64,000 nt of DNA from Mytilus trossulus. Lineage: Eukaryota. The notes under the pieces were generated by a model. It was not told where the DNA came from. It searched no databases and worked only from the letters and a program-made list of their open reading frames with translations. The stretch covers positions 59,210,001 to 59,274,000 of the forward strand of contig NC_086384.1 of the NCBI RefSeq assembly GCF_036588685.1. The letters are read 5' to 3'. A program made the translations under genes and the position numbers. Below are positions 26,925 through 40,377 of the stretch, piece by piece; within the stretch, counting starts at the first letter, position 1; each line of letters starts with the position of its first letter.

Positions 26925-28980
26925 GAAAATATTTGTTTTGGTCTAAAAGGAATGTTTAATATATTTTTAAAGAAAAATAGAATATAAACATTTTTAAAAA
27001 AAGAAGAGAATTTTTTTTAAATTATATATATTGTAAACTTTTGTCTGGTAATAGTATCTCCTGGATGAATATCTGTCAAAATAAATGTTCCCGTGTCACA
27101 CTTAAAATATTTTTTTTTTATTAAGAAATTTTGAAATCAATGATATCGAAATATCACTAAAGGAAAATAACAGAAACATCAGAGATTCTTTATGAAAAAT
27201 AAGATATGATCTAGGAAAGTCTTAATATAGAAATCATTGATTTGATGCAGCATTCCCATATGATACATCAGCCGCCATTTTGAAAAATCTCGGAAAATTC
27301 CCTTTTTTAAGTCGATGTTTGACCGAATTTGCCCTGAAATTAAACTTTTTTAAGTAGTATTTTTCGCCAGCTACATGTTTGAATATACTTGATCGATTTG
27401 CAAAGTTTGTGTTTTATTTACAGAATTTCTTTATTTGTTGTAAAAGTAGACATGGGTATGGGTAATTTAGCATTGAGTCAACGGAGAAATGACGAGAAAA
27501 AGTGCATGTTTTACGATGTCGATTTGACCGAATTTAATCAAAAATTAAACTGTGAGGACCAACATTGTTTGATAGAAATATGTTTGAATATCAAGGATTG
27601 ATTTGCAAAAGTGAGAAAACGGATCAGGTTTATGAGAAAATTAAACTTTACAACAACAAATGGAAGTTTTTAACGACCTTGACTGGCTATTTTAAACTTT
27701 ATTGAAGCATAAATGCATTTTATATGGGGAAATATAATACAAAATGGCGGCTATTATACGTCACAAAAGTCACGTGATGTCCAACTTAGTTGGATATGTC
27801 CATGAACTAAGTGAAAAAAAAAGTCATAAACAGTCAGAGAAAACATGATTTTGTGCGATGGCAAGATATAAGTAGTGGTACGTGTAGTTAATGTTCATAA
27901 CTGTAAAGAAATGCTATTTAGTAATCATGACTGTTTTAATTTATTTATTACGAAATTAATATTTTTACCAATAGACACAATATCTAACGATCTGATCACA
28001 GTGGGTAAGTGATAACATAGTTAAATAAGTTTAGTTAAAGGGTCGATACGTTTACACTGATCGTAGTCTAAGTTTACTGACTCTATAAACCATATCACTG
28101 TACACATGTGTATTGCAAAAAGATTTCTTATAGTAGAGACAACTTTCCAAACAAAATATGTTTTTCTATGAAAAAATCTACTGGGGGTTTGCAGTCTAAT
28201 ATTTGTGTTAACGACATACTTCCATGTTCTAAAAGCAGTTGTTAAATGAGTAGGTCCGGTATTAACTAAAATGCTAAAATGATTTGAGTATTTTATCATG
28301 ACTTAATGATGCTAGTACCCAATGTATTGTCAAAAACAGCCCGTATTTATGTACAAGCAGTATTCTACTTTCTAATAAATAACTAAAAGTTTAAATTTTA
28401 ACAATTTTGTAAAACTGCTATATTTTGGGGCCAAAAAAGGGGTCTTACCGGATCTTTTCCTTTGTCTTGATGAATTACTTAAACGAAAAAGGTATATTAC
28501 GAAAAAAAACTATTTTGGAACGCAAATAGTAGACCCATGAACTACTAAAAAGGATGAGTGGTTACATGTCAATACGACCAAGGAGAATCGTCTGATCATT
28601 TATCAGTGAAATGTTATATATTATTAGTTTCATTAAATTATTTGTCCATGGTGAAAAGTTGCCTCATTATCATTCAAACCATCTCCATAATTTAGCTGGT
28701 TTGACACGAAGGGTCACCTTTCGTACCTCGTCTATAAACCTGCAAAAACTCTGAATTTCCATATGTGTGTATATTATTATACTCTTCACAGAGCTCCAAG
28801 CTGTGTAATCCTCAATCAGAAAACAGGTATTCCCGATAACTTTTCTAAGTCAATGACTATCATTGATCCAATGATGCCTAACTAGATCTAAATATTTTAT
28901 TCTTTAAAACGATAGTCTGAAGCACATCTTAATTTGGATACTTCCATTGTGCCAATTGCGTCCATTTAAGGGACTATATA

Positions 28981-30361
28981 TAGAGAATAATACATGGCAA
29001 AATCCGTATCATACGTCGTATCATCCCGAGACATCAATATCAGCCCGAGGGCCTTTAGGCCCGAAGGATGATATTGGTCGAGGGTGATACGGCATGTGAT
29101 ACGGATTTTGCCATGTATTATACGCTTTATCATATATTTCAACAGAAGAGTATTATAGTATATGAACTGTTTTCTGATCCATAGCACTGGGCTACCTTCA
29201 GTTCTGCTTTTGTCTTGTTTCAAAGCTTTAAAATAACTGCTCAATTATTTATACGAAGCACCTAGGTTACCTTACAATCTGTTGTTTTGAAAATCTTTTG
29301 TTTATTATTGTATATATCTAAGTGTTTTGTATTTTTTATAGTTGCATTGAGTGTGCCAAAAAATATGTTTTAAAAACTTGATGTTCGTGACGTCACATAT
29401 AATATGAAAACTTGATGTACGTGACGTTACATTTTGTACCAAACAATGACGTAATTCCAAAAAATTACCTATTTTAATAAAAAAAAATCTTAAGCAAAAA
29501 AAAACCCTAAAAAGCTGACTTTAGTTAAAAAAAAAAAAAAAAAAAGGTATGCGATACGGGTTTTACCATGCGATACGAGGTATGCGATACGGGTTTAGCC
29601 ATGCGATACGGGGTATGCGATACAAGGTAGGTGATACAGACTGGAAAAAAGAACCTTTATTAGATATACAAAATAGCTGTATTTTGTACAAAATATATGA
29701 TAAATATTTTTATCATATGTTTAGTAGTGAATACAGTAGTTTTGCATATGTGATAAATAGCCTGCTGTTTAATCCATATCGCGCAACTTTGATGCGCACC
29801 CTTTATCGCATACCCTTTATCACACCCCTACCCTTTATCGCATACCCTTTATCGCACCCCTACCCTTTATCACACCCCTACTTTTTTTTTTTTTTTTTTA
29901 CATAAAGTCAGTTTTTTTTTTTTTTGCTTATGAAAAATTTTCCTCAATTTTTTGTTATGACGTCATTGTTTGGTATGTGACGTCACGAACGTCGTTTTCC
30001 TATTGTATGTGACGTCAAGAACGTCAAAAAAAAAATCTTATTTTTTGGCACACTAAATGCAACTATAAAAAATACAAAAATAAACAAAATATTTTTAAAA
30101 CAACAGCACGTAAATTGTAAGGTAACCAATGTGCTTCGGATTAGTAATTGAGTAGTTCTTTTTTAAGGCCATTGACACAAGACAAAAGAAGATCTGAAGG
30201 TAACCCAGTGTTATGAATCAGAAAACAGTTCATATAATACTCTTCTGTTGAAACATATGATAAAGCGTATAATACATGGCAAAATCCGTATCACATGCCG
30301 TATCACCCTCGACCAATATCATCCTTCGGGCCTAAAGGATTTTGCCATGTATTATTCTCTA
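28981..30361. mobile_element. Foldback element with ~600-bp inverted arms
   Basis: 28981-29630 is the reverse complement of ~29795-30361; left arm opens with an internal hairpin TACATGGCAAAATCC...GGATTTTGCCATGTA. Confidence 0.85.
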
Positions 30362-31023
30362 TTTATCGCTATTTTGTGCATTTTTCCTTTGATCTTTTTT
30401 TGTGATAATTTTCATATCATGCTTCTCGCTTGATATGGAAAAATTATTGCTAGAAACTAAGGAGGCCACGTGGCGTTGTTAACGAAATTGACATTGAAAT
30501 TGACAACGTCGTCATAGGTAAAATAGCGATAAAAAGATTATCATTGGTCATCTCAACTCGATTGCTTTTCTCACTTTCGCTGCTCCAGCTCAAGCGAGAA
30601 AATCAATCTCGTTGAGATAATCAACGATAATCTATAAGTACCACTCATTAAAGGCTGATAACTGTGTTCTCGGAATAACTGATTATCATGATTCATATTT
30701 ATGGATTTTAACGGGGAAAATATCTAAGAATGATGTGTAACCTGGAGACTTGATGCATATACACATATCTCTATATACTTTCAGGGTTTGTTCATTAATA
30801 TAATCTCCTAAACATAATAAATATTAGACTTAATTACTTGTTTCCATAATTTAAAAACTTACTTACACTTATGGATTAAAGGATTAAGGCGATAATAAAA
30901 GATTAACATGTTTTTATATAGAAATGGTTCAATATTTACAGTATAGATCCGACATCAGCCAATTTTGGAAAATGGAGGTGCGAATGTAAAATTATTCCGA
31001 ACACGAAATCAGAAAAATTTAAA

Positions 31024-31903
31024 ATGTTGATGTTGTTAGTGGTATTGTTGTGTGGCGCTGTGATGGTGAAAGGCGCAGCACAATCTGGATGTACTTACGT
31101 TGATACAGATGGTTCAGCCCGAGGGGTATACGAATGTGATTATCTATCGGTCTCTCTTCCTTTGTCGTATTCATCCTTCTCTAGTCCGATCCCACAAAGG
31201 ATGCAGATTTATAATGTTCATGGACAACTTCCTGCCAGTAACCCAACATCGACTTTTTCAGGTTTTTCTGGAATGGGAACACTTGATCCCGATTATCCAG
31301 CGTCTCTAGAAATACGCTGCTCCACAGGTGGCACCCTACTTTTATTCTCGGGAACATTTACCGGGATGTCGTACCTCCAGGAACTATCAATTATCAACTG
31401 TGTCATCAGCAGTGGGTTTACGTCATCAGCCTTCTCAGCCATAGGTTCACTCAATTACTTCTTGGTGTACGGTGGCTCCTTGACCACTCTGGCTAATGAC
31501 GCCTTTACCGGTCTCGATATACAGAAGCTAACCACCGTTCCAGATCCGAAAGGAGAACTAGCTATGATTGGTGTTACGTTACCTAGTACAACTTTACCAC
31601 AAGGACTATTGTACTCGCAGACTAATTTAGTTAGCGTAGTACTGGACAATCTCGGACTAACCGTCGTAAGGGCAGATGATTTTTCTCAGAATTTTTTACT
31701 AGAGAAGATTTCACTACAGTACAATGCATTTACCGAGATTTCCTCCACGATCTTCGATGGCCTTGACCTACTATTGAGTGTGAACTTGATGGGAACTGAA
31801 TGGAATTGTTCGTGTGAAAATATCTGGATCGTCAATACGGCGAATGCAAGCGGATACGAGATAGAGACCGGATATACATGTACCACACCAGCGCTGTATG
31901 AAA
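31024..31903 (+). CDS. LRR transmembrane paralog 2, exon 1; full protein ~401 aa
   Basis: Signal peptide MLMLLVVLLCGAVMVKG, LRRs, WNCSC LRRCT; phase-1 donor GAAA|GTAAAT. Confidence 0.9.
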
Positions 31904-32703
31904 GTAAATATAATTGTTTATAAAAAAAAATGAAGATGTGGTATGATTGCAAATGAGACAACTCTCTACCAAACAACAACAATTTAACTGTATTTTGTAA
32001 ATTAATTTGAATTGAATACTTTGTAAATAAATTTGAATTGAATAATATGTAAATGCATTTGAATTGAATAATTTGTAAAAAATCAAAGTAATTATATATA
32101 AATAAGAAGATGTGGTATGATTGCCAATGAGAAGGTTCTCCATAAGAGATCAAATGACACAAGTATACATAGGTCACCGTATGGCCTTCGCAAATGAGAA
32201 AAAAAACACATACAGCATAGTCAGCTATAAAAGACCCCGACATAACAATGTAAAACAATTCAAACGAGAAAATAATGACCTAATTCATGTACAAAAAATG
32301 AACGAACAACAAATATGTAACACATACGTATGTGACCACTGAATTAAAGGCTCCTGACTAGGGCCAGGCACATACATACAGAATGTGGCGGGGTTAAACA
32401 TGTTAGCGGGATCCAAACCTTCCTTAACCTGGGACAGTCGTGTAACAGTACAACATAAGAACGAACTATAAAAATCAGTTAAGAAACTCATCAGACGGAT
32501 AAAAATACAAATACTACTAATACAAGTGGACGTGGCCGGGTACTTGTACATCCCAACAACAAAAAACACTAAGAACAGATAAGACAGTACTCGCAGTTAC
32601 TGACAGCTAGTTCAAAGCCACTAACAACTAACCAAAATTGACTGCATCTAAGACGAAATATGTAACACTATATAGGTTAATGTATATTGTTTTCTATTGA
32701 CAG

Positions 32704-32772
32704 AAAGGACAGGAAAAGAATACTACATCAAAGAATGTGAAATCCCTGATCCTTGTATCACGGAGGGCAAAG
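32704..32772 (+). CDS. Paralog 2 exon 2: (K)RTGKEYYIKECEIPDPCITEGK(G)
   Basis: ttgacag acceptor, AAAG|GTAAAA donor, phase 1/1. Confidence 0.85.
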
Positions 32773-34010
32773 GTAAAAATCTTAATCTCTGATCCCTTAT
32801 TACGATGGGCAAACATACAAGTTTTAATCCCTGATCCCTGTATCACGGAGGGCTAAGATAAACGTCTTAATCCTGATCCGTGTATCACGGAGGGCAAAGA
32901 TAAAAGTCTTAATCCTGATCCCTGTATTACGGAGGGCGAAGGTAAAAGTCCTAATTCTTGACCCCTGTATCACAGAGGGCAAAGGTAAACGTCTTAATCC
33001 CTGACCCTTGTATCACAGATAGCAAAATTAAGTCTTTATCCCTGATCATTGTATCACAGAGGGCAAAGGTAAAAGTCTTAATCCCTGATCCTTGTATCAC
33101 AGAGGGCAAAGATAAAAGTCTTAATCCCTGATCCCTGTATCACGGAGGGCTAAGATAAACGTCTTAATTCTGATCCGTGTATCACGGAGGGCAAATATAA
33201 AAGTCTTAATCCTGATCCCTGTATTACGGAGGGCAAAGGTAAAAGTCCTAATTCTTGACCCCTGTATCACAGAGGGCAAAGGTAAACGTCTTAATCCCTG
33301 ACCCTTGTATCACAGATAGTAAAATTAAGTCTTTATCCCTGATCATTGTATCACAGAGGGCAAAGGTAAAAGTCTTAATCCCTGATCCTTGTATCACAGA
33401 GGGCAAAGGTAAAAGTCTTAATCCCTGATCCCTTTCCACGGTGGGCAAAGGTAAACTTCTTTATCTCTGATCCCTTATCACGGAGGGTAAATGTAAAAGT
33501 CTTAATCCCTGATCCCTTATCACGGAGGGCAAAGGTAAAAGTCTTATTCCCTGATCCCTTATCACGGAGAGCAAAGATAAAAGTCTTAATCCCTGATTCC
33601 TTGTCACGTAGGGCAAAGGTAAAAGTCCTAATTCCTGATCCCTGTATCAGAGAGGGCAGGAAAAAGTAAAGATTTAAATCTCTTCATACAGTTTTTTTTT
33701 GCACTTGTATCACGGAGGGCAAATGTAAACATCAAAATCCCCGACTCTTGTATCACGTAAAAGTTTGAACCCCTATTTTTGCTCCACAGAGGACACAAGT
33801 AAAAGTTCAAATCCCCGAATTTTTGAACACGTAAGGCATTGTTAAAACGTTGAACCCTTGTGCATCATATTCAAGGAGCAAAATTAAGGTAACTCTTAAA
33901 ATCCCTGATCTTAGAATAACAGAAGGCGAAAAGATATACTTCGATCCACTGCTCTAAGACGGCAGAGATCAATATATTATAATCCCTGATCATAGTAATA
34001 CGAAGGGCAA
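32741..34010 (+). repeat. 43-bp tandem array: last ~32 nt of paralog 2 exon 2 + donor; decays distally
   Basis: Unit ATCCCTGATCCTTGTATCACGGAGGGCAAAG|GTAAAAGTCTTA; ~297-bp higher-order duplication. Confidence 0.95.
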
Positions 34011-34461
34011 AACTAAGGAAGATTTAGTTATTAAGAAAACGCTGACTTCCTTTCCTTTTTCTTCAAAGCAACATTCTGCATTTTGAACTTTTCAGGTGTT
34101 TGCATGGATTAATGTGTAGAAATATAACTTTCAAATTGTTCTTTCTTTTTAAGTAAGTGGTCATTGATTTTTTTAACATATATAAACGCCGTAAACTAGT
34201 ATAGCCAAACATTGTTTCGTCTAAATCATATTATAAAATATGTAAAAAGTGAAAAGTATAACATCAATGAGATACTCAACTCACAATAAAAAATAATTGA
34301 AAAACGAGGAGAGATGTTAAACTACAAGACTAAATCAACTTGTATATAGAAGAGCAAAGACCTCCACCTACAAACTTTATTACTGCTTTAATTTTATTCA
34401 TGTCACAGTTTTTTTCCGATAAAATGTATTTAATGTCATGGACCTAAATTGTGTATTGCAG

Positions 34462-34718
34462 GTTTCCGTTGGGGAGTGGAATGTTTTATTCTATACAATA
34501 TAATAGCGTATGCAGTATTGTTGTTTACCTTAGTTATTGGAGCTTTAGCTTTAGCAATAGTATGCCATGTTAGACGAGATCTAATTACTGACAGAGAAAG
34601 ACTGATGAAAAAGAGGAATATTGCATGGATGAAAGTACAACAAGCTCTTCTACATGGAGGTGGGGGTGGTCAGAGACCCCCTGCATCGACGGCTCCGCCC
34701 ATGCGAAAGGGATGGTAG
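34462..34718 (+). CDS. Paralog 2 exon 3: TM + tail
   Basis: ttgcag acceptor; IIAYAVLLFTLVIGALALAIVC; KKRNIAWMKVQQALLHGG. Confidence 0.88.
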
Positions 34719-35467
34719 CAGAGACATATGCGTAAGGAAGGTAGCAGAGACCTAAGCTCCGCCCATGCGTAAGGGATGGTAGCAGAGACATTATAAAAAC
34801 ACTATATTATTCTCGTTGAATGTACACTATCTATTGTGACAGTTAAATGTAAATAAATCTTTGAAAATTGTCTTTAAACGTGCTCTGCCTACTTGTGTAT
34901 GATCACAAACAAATATTGAAGACCTGCTGGTGACCTTCTACTGTTGTGTTTTCTATGATCGGGTTGTTGTCTCTTTGACACATTTCCCATTTCCATTTTC
35001 AATTTTATTTTTACAAAAGTGGTTGTTCCAGTTATTGAATTATACTAGAAGTTCAGGCATACATTCAAGACGAGAAACACATTAATCCTGAGAAATTGTT
35101 AACATAAAGGTGGATTCTGCAAAGTGGGTAGAATGAAAGGAGGGGCATTTAAACTGCCTCTCGAAAAGGGAACCAGAATAGTACCCTTGTCAAACGGCCA
35201 CCAGTAGTACTAATTGTTTCTTTAAAGGACCAAACACTAAGATTATTACATACACATACACTGATGAGATTCAGAAACTTTGAACTAGAAAATGTAAATT
35301 AACATTTGGTAAAGATAAATTTAATACAATGAACACTTTCCTTCTATTTGTTTGATTTATAAAATGAAAAAAAAGACCCTGGATGCCATGATGATCTGTA
35401 GATGTATACATTTATAGATGTATTTAGGTTTTGTGTCGTTTTAATGTTGCGTAATTTATATGTTCTA

Positions 35468-36049
35468 CTAGAAAACACCCGTGATATCGCGGGTCCGTGA
35501 CTGAATTTATAAAGTATATAACTATTCGCAAGCCTTATTTCAGTAATATTATTGTCATCTGATAAAGTCATACTGATTATAAGATACACAGTTTTCTCTG
35601 CTTTCAAATCTTTCTGTTTGAACCCGTAGAACTGGAACTGTGATTAGTATTCGTATTGTTATCTTAGAAAAGCTTACTGATTAAAATACTACAATAGGTA
35701 ACAATTTGACAATGGTTGATGGAATTTAGTAGTGTCAACCCTGTGATAATGACCCGTGTAATTAGCAGTAAATATACCGTTTGGTGGTGCGCCTGTCAGA
35801 TGCGGAACGTACAGACAAGGTAATAGGTAACAGGTGAATATACTATTGGTATCGGTATCGGACTCGACACGGAACTTCTGAATTATTGGCATTTATTAAT
35901 TACTTGGAAAACAAAAGGGCCTGGAGTGGTGTAATTTTTAATCTACACCTTTGTACTATATTAGTTATATATTTAGTTGAATTCTTTGATTCGTTGTTTT
36001 TACGTGATGACGGCTGACAAATTGAACCTCGTTATTTTAGTATTATAGA
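35468..36049 (-). mobile_element. Non-autonomous Helitron
   Basis: On the minus strand: starts TC, ends CTAG preceded by hairpin CCCGCGATATCACGGG, inserted between A and T. Confidence 0.8.
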
Positions 36050-38078
36050 TATATATGTCCCGTTTTATTCATTTAGAGGAATGCTGAATAAATATAAGTT
36101 CTGTCGAAGTATATTTACCCTCGTTATTACGAATTCAAATGTAACAGATTTATTAAGAAAGAATAAATCACACTGATGATGCCACGCAGACAAAAATACA
36201 TCATGCTACCCCTGTTAGGTTATGACCATTTGATATTAGGAATGAGAGTGAGGAGGGTTATTTGATATTCTAGTGGGGTGAAGTGGCGGATTCAGGGGGG
36301 CGTAGAGGGCGTACGCCCCCCCCTTTGCTCCTCGGACTTTTTTTTTTTGTAAAATTATTTATCAGACTAGACTTCATGAAATTTGCCATTTCCCGAGTAT
36401 TTAATTTTTATACGACAATTCTTTACTTACAAAGATATTTTTCGGTGGTATTTTCTGATTGTCAAAGTCATGTGATTTGCTATGGTGGAGTTGACCAGTG
36501 CGTTGAAAAAACGGCACACGGTCATTTTGAAATTAAAATTACAGTAATAAACATTGCTAAGGCTGAGGATGTCATGGCAATCAGAAAACCTTCAAAGCAA
36601 CACAGGATTGAGCAAGAACGTATTGACTTCTATTTCAGTATTCCACCAAACAGAAAGTAATAGTAAATACTCTATAGACTATTGCACTCTCAAGAAAAAG
36701 AAAGTTCCACAATATTATTTACCTACGAAAACATGTTTAACGCCAAATGCACCAGCTTATTTTGAAAATAACAAAGTTGAATAATGAACCCCTGTCACTC
36801 CGCCGCATTTTTGCGCTTGTTCCAAGTCAGGATCGACCGGAGCCTCTGGCCTTTGTTAGTCTTGTTTTATTTTATTTTTAGTTTCTTGTGTACAATTTGG
36901 AAATTAGTATGGCGTTCATTATCACTGAACTATATTTGTCAAGGGACCAGCTGAAGGACGCCTCCAGGTGCGGAAATTTCTCGCTACATTGAAAACCTGT
37001 TGGCGACCTTCTGCTGTTGTTTTTCTGTGGTCGGGTTGTTGTCTCTTTGACACATTCCCCATTTCCATTCTCAATTTTAGTATAAGCTCTAGAAAATTTC
37101 AAGTCTCAGGTAGGACCATTTGATTTGATGAGACAGTCTTAGATATTTGAGAGAGAAAAATTGACTCTGATTCTTGTCTTAAACAAAAATTCTGAACCGT
37201 ATCTGGATTGAAAACAATAGTCTTGTCCAGTTTTTTGCTATTAAAAACGAAAATTTCTTACAAAATTATTTAGCATGAAATGAACATGATGAAAAAAACG
37301 GGCGTAGTTTTTTTGTGGCCGGGGTTTGCGTGTCTGACTTGAATGTCTGTTTCGCCGGACTTATATATATTGAATACTTTGTAACCTGCCTACTGGGTGT
37401 GACCTTTATGTCTCCATTTGTCGACCATCATTCTAAATTAGTTGTCATTTCAGACACTTTCGTAATCTTTGGGGGATTTGGAACCCCTCACTTCGGTTCT
37501 CTAAGTTATGTTGGGTGAAACATATCAATCAAACATTTTGATAAAAACTGCTTGTTTGTCTTTTTTAACTCGTGTTGGTCGTATTGTAAATTTCATCGAA
37601 TGTCCATGTCCATAAAAATGTCCAACCCTTACACTTTTAATACAGCAACTATAAAATATACAAGCCCCAAGCCAAGGAACCGTTTAAATTGTGCATATTA
37701 CACTTATTTTATGTTTTTTAGCCGAAAAAAGGTCCTAAAAATTTAAACTCTTCGCCCCCCCTTTCCAAAATCCTGGATCCGCCCCTGGGGTGGGTGCAGT
37801 ATTTGCTGATTGACCATTCACCGTCATCTGCTTCTACACTTGCTATGCTATGTTTAGGGTTAGGGTTAGGGTTTTCCCACCTGAACACAGAATTCCTTTT
37901 ACAGTTTTCCTGCCGAAGGTCGTCGGTCTTCTCACACACTCACTCCGGTTCCCTTCATTAAAACTGGACCCCATAATAAGCTGTCTGAAAGTGGTATTTG
38001 AAACCATTAAATAAACAAATCTACGATAGTGATCATCTCAAACAAAACAAAAACCTAATATAAAACGTCGAAAGAGAT

Positions 38079-38150
38079 AGCCGTGGTGTAGTGGTTAGTG
38101 CATGCATCGGACTACTAACACAAAGGTTCCTGGTTCGATTCCTGTTCGGG
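38079..38150 (+). mobile_element. tRNA-derived SINE head or tRNA pseudogene
   Basis: Box A TGGTGTAGTGG and box B GGTTCGATTCC; cloverleaf not intact. Confidence 0.55.
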
Positions 38151-38235
38151 ATCTAAGAATGGATGGGCAGTTCAAGTTATCTGAAGGACTGTTAAATTCA
38201 AAGCAGAATATGTAATTGACTTTATAATGGTAATC

Positions 38236-39246
38236 AAAAAACTAGATATCATTGAGATGGAAGCCATCTCTGTGGGCCCCGCTGTCAATAACGTTGGGTA
38301 AATAAATATAGTGTGAATCAAAATTGTAAGCGATGGACAGACCAACAGACAGACAGACCTTTGACCTAGGAAGTTGTACATACATCATGACACACCCTCT
38401 GGTGTTGGTTAAAATGGATGTCAAGTATAATATTTGAAATCATAACGGTTCCCAAGATATAGAGCGGACACAATCTTCAACTCAGGACACAGGGTTGTCA
38501 ACTCAAACCAAAGTTTTTTTTACCTTGACCTTTGACCTAGGAAGTTGTACATACATCATGACATGCCCTCTGATGGTGGTTAGAATGGATGTCAAGTATA
38601 AACTTTGAAATCAAAAAGGTTATCCAGATATGGAGCGGACATGATCTTCACCACAGGACACAGGGTTGTCAACTAAAACCAAAGTTTTTTTTACCTTGAC
38701 CTTTGACCTAGGAAGTTGGACATACATCATGACATGCCCTCTGATGGTGGTTAAAATGGATGTCAAGTATAAACTTTGAAATCATAAAGGTTATCCAGAT
38801 ATGGAACGGACATGATCTTCACCACAGGACACAGGGTTGTCAACTGAAACCAAATTTTGACCTTGACCTTTGACCTAGACAGTTGTACATACATCATGAC
38901 ACACCCTCTGGTGTTGGTTAATAAACATGTTAAGTATTAAGTATAAAATCATAACGGTTATCTAGATATGTAGCGGACACGATCTTCATCACAGGACACG
39001 GGGTTCTCAACTGAAACCAAAGTTTTTTTTACCTTGACCTTTGACCTAGAAAGTTGTACATACATCATGACACGCCCTTTGGTGGTGGTTAATAAACACG
39101 TAAAGTATAAAGTATGAAATCATAATGGTTTTCTAGATATGGAGCGGACACAAAGTTAAAGTGTTACGGACGGACGGACGGGCAGACGGACGGACGGACA
39201 GACTGATCACTATAGGGCAACCCGACTAAAGTCGGAGCCCTAATAA
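38236..39246 (-). mobile_element. HINE-like element with ~175-bp internal tandem repeats
   Basis: ~5 copies of GACCTTTGACCTAGGAAGTTGTACATACATCATGACA..., (GGAC)n tract, terminal hairpins. Confidence 0.75.
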
Positions 39247-40377
39247 TTTAAAATTTAGGACTGCCAATCATAACTCTTACGAATTCGAGTTCATACTAAA
39301 ATAACGGTCTGTTTAATGTACAAAACGAGAAACAACTGATGTATAGCAAACAAAGGTCAACCACTAAGTTATACGCTTCAGAACTGCGACAGGCACGTTC
39401 AATAAAAGGTTATATTAAACATGTTTTCTGGTGCCGATTTCCACTCACCCATAGCCAATGGCAGTTCAAAATCAGGCTCTGCTCAAGAATATTCCATAGA
39501 GTAAATACCTCTGCAATAGACAGAAGCATAAGACAATTGACTGCGTATGCATGATTGTACCCCAACAAGAAATCTGACTATTTAAGCCTTCATTCAACAT
39601 ATCTTTATAATTGGTTATTATGTTGTACTGTTACACTGTTTCCAATGGCTAGGGGAGAGCTGAAATCGGCACCAGAAAACATGTTTAACATAACCTCTTA
39701 TTGAACGTGCATGTCGCAGTTTTGAATGTTATAACTTAGTGGTTGACGTTTGTTGCTATATATCCGTCTGTTTTCGTTTTGTCACAGCAAATTATAAAAA
39801 TCAGTTGAAAAAAGCTGAAATCGTCAGATGGAAATATATCTAACAAAACACAGATAAGACGTGGACAGGTACTTGTACATCCCAACAACAAAAGACAGTA
39901 AGTACAGATCTCAGAGTCGTTGCATTTACTGAAAGCTATTAATTTAGAAAAAAAAAAACATAAGCATAAGCAATCAAAGACAAAAAACATGGCATCGTGA
40001 AATTATTCGTTTGATCCGGAAACAATGATCAGAGCTTGTAGACAATGTTTTTTTGGGTCTTTATATTTTATATCACATTGTAATAACAAGATTTCTTGCT
40101 GGGTTACAATCATGATTTAAGGCTTCTGTCATTTGCAGATGCATTTACTCCAATTGAATATTCTTGAGCAGAGCCACCTTTGAACTGCCATTGACAGAGT
40201 AATGTGTTGTTAGGATACTGTCGTGTGCAAGGTCAATAAGCTGAGGTATTGTCTTATATAAGTAGTCCCCAATTCTTTGTCGATCTTAAGGTGTTTCAAA
40301 ACTTTTTTCGGCTTTCTATTTGGCTCAAACATTGTTTTTCATTTGTTTCTACAAAATTCATTTCTTATCTTTTTAAC

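Noticed and set aside
31686-32569. ORFs in intron 1 of paralog 2
   Set aside because: They lie in an abundant dispersed repeat (GATGTGGTATGATTGCCAATGAGAC family) seen many times in the window
36281-37787. hAT-like element bounded by GTGGCGGATTCAG / CTGGATCCGCCCCTG
   Set aside because: No clean 8-bp TSD; the ends may belong to different copies
37854-37873. TTAGGG telomeric repeats
   Set aside because: Only ~3 imperfect copies
38079-38150. Functional tRNA gene
   Set aside because: Stems do not pair into a clean cloverleaf; more like a SINE head
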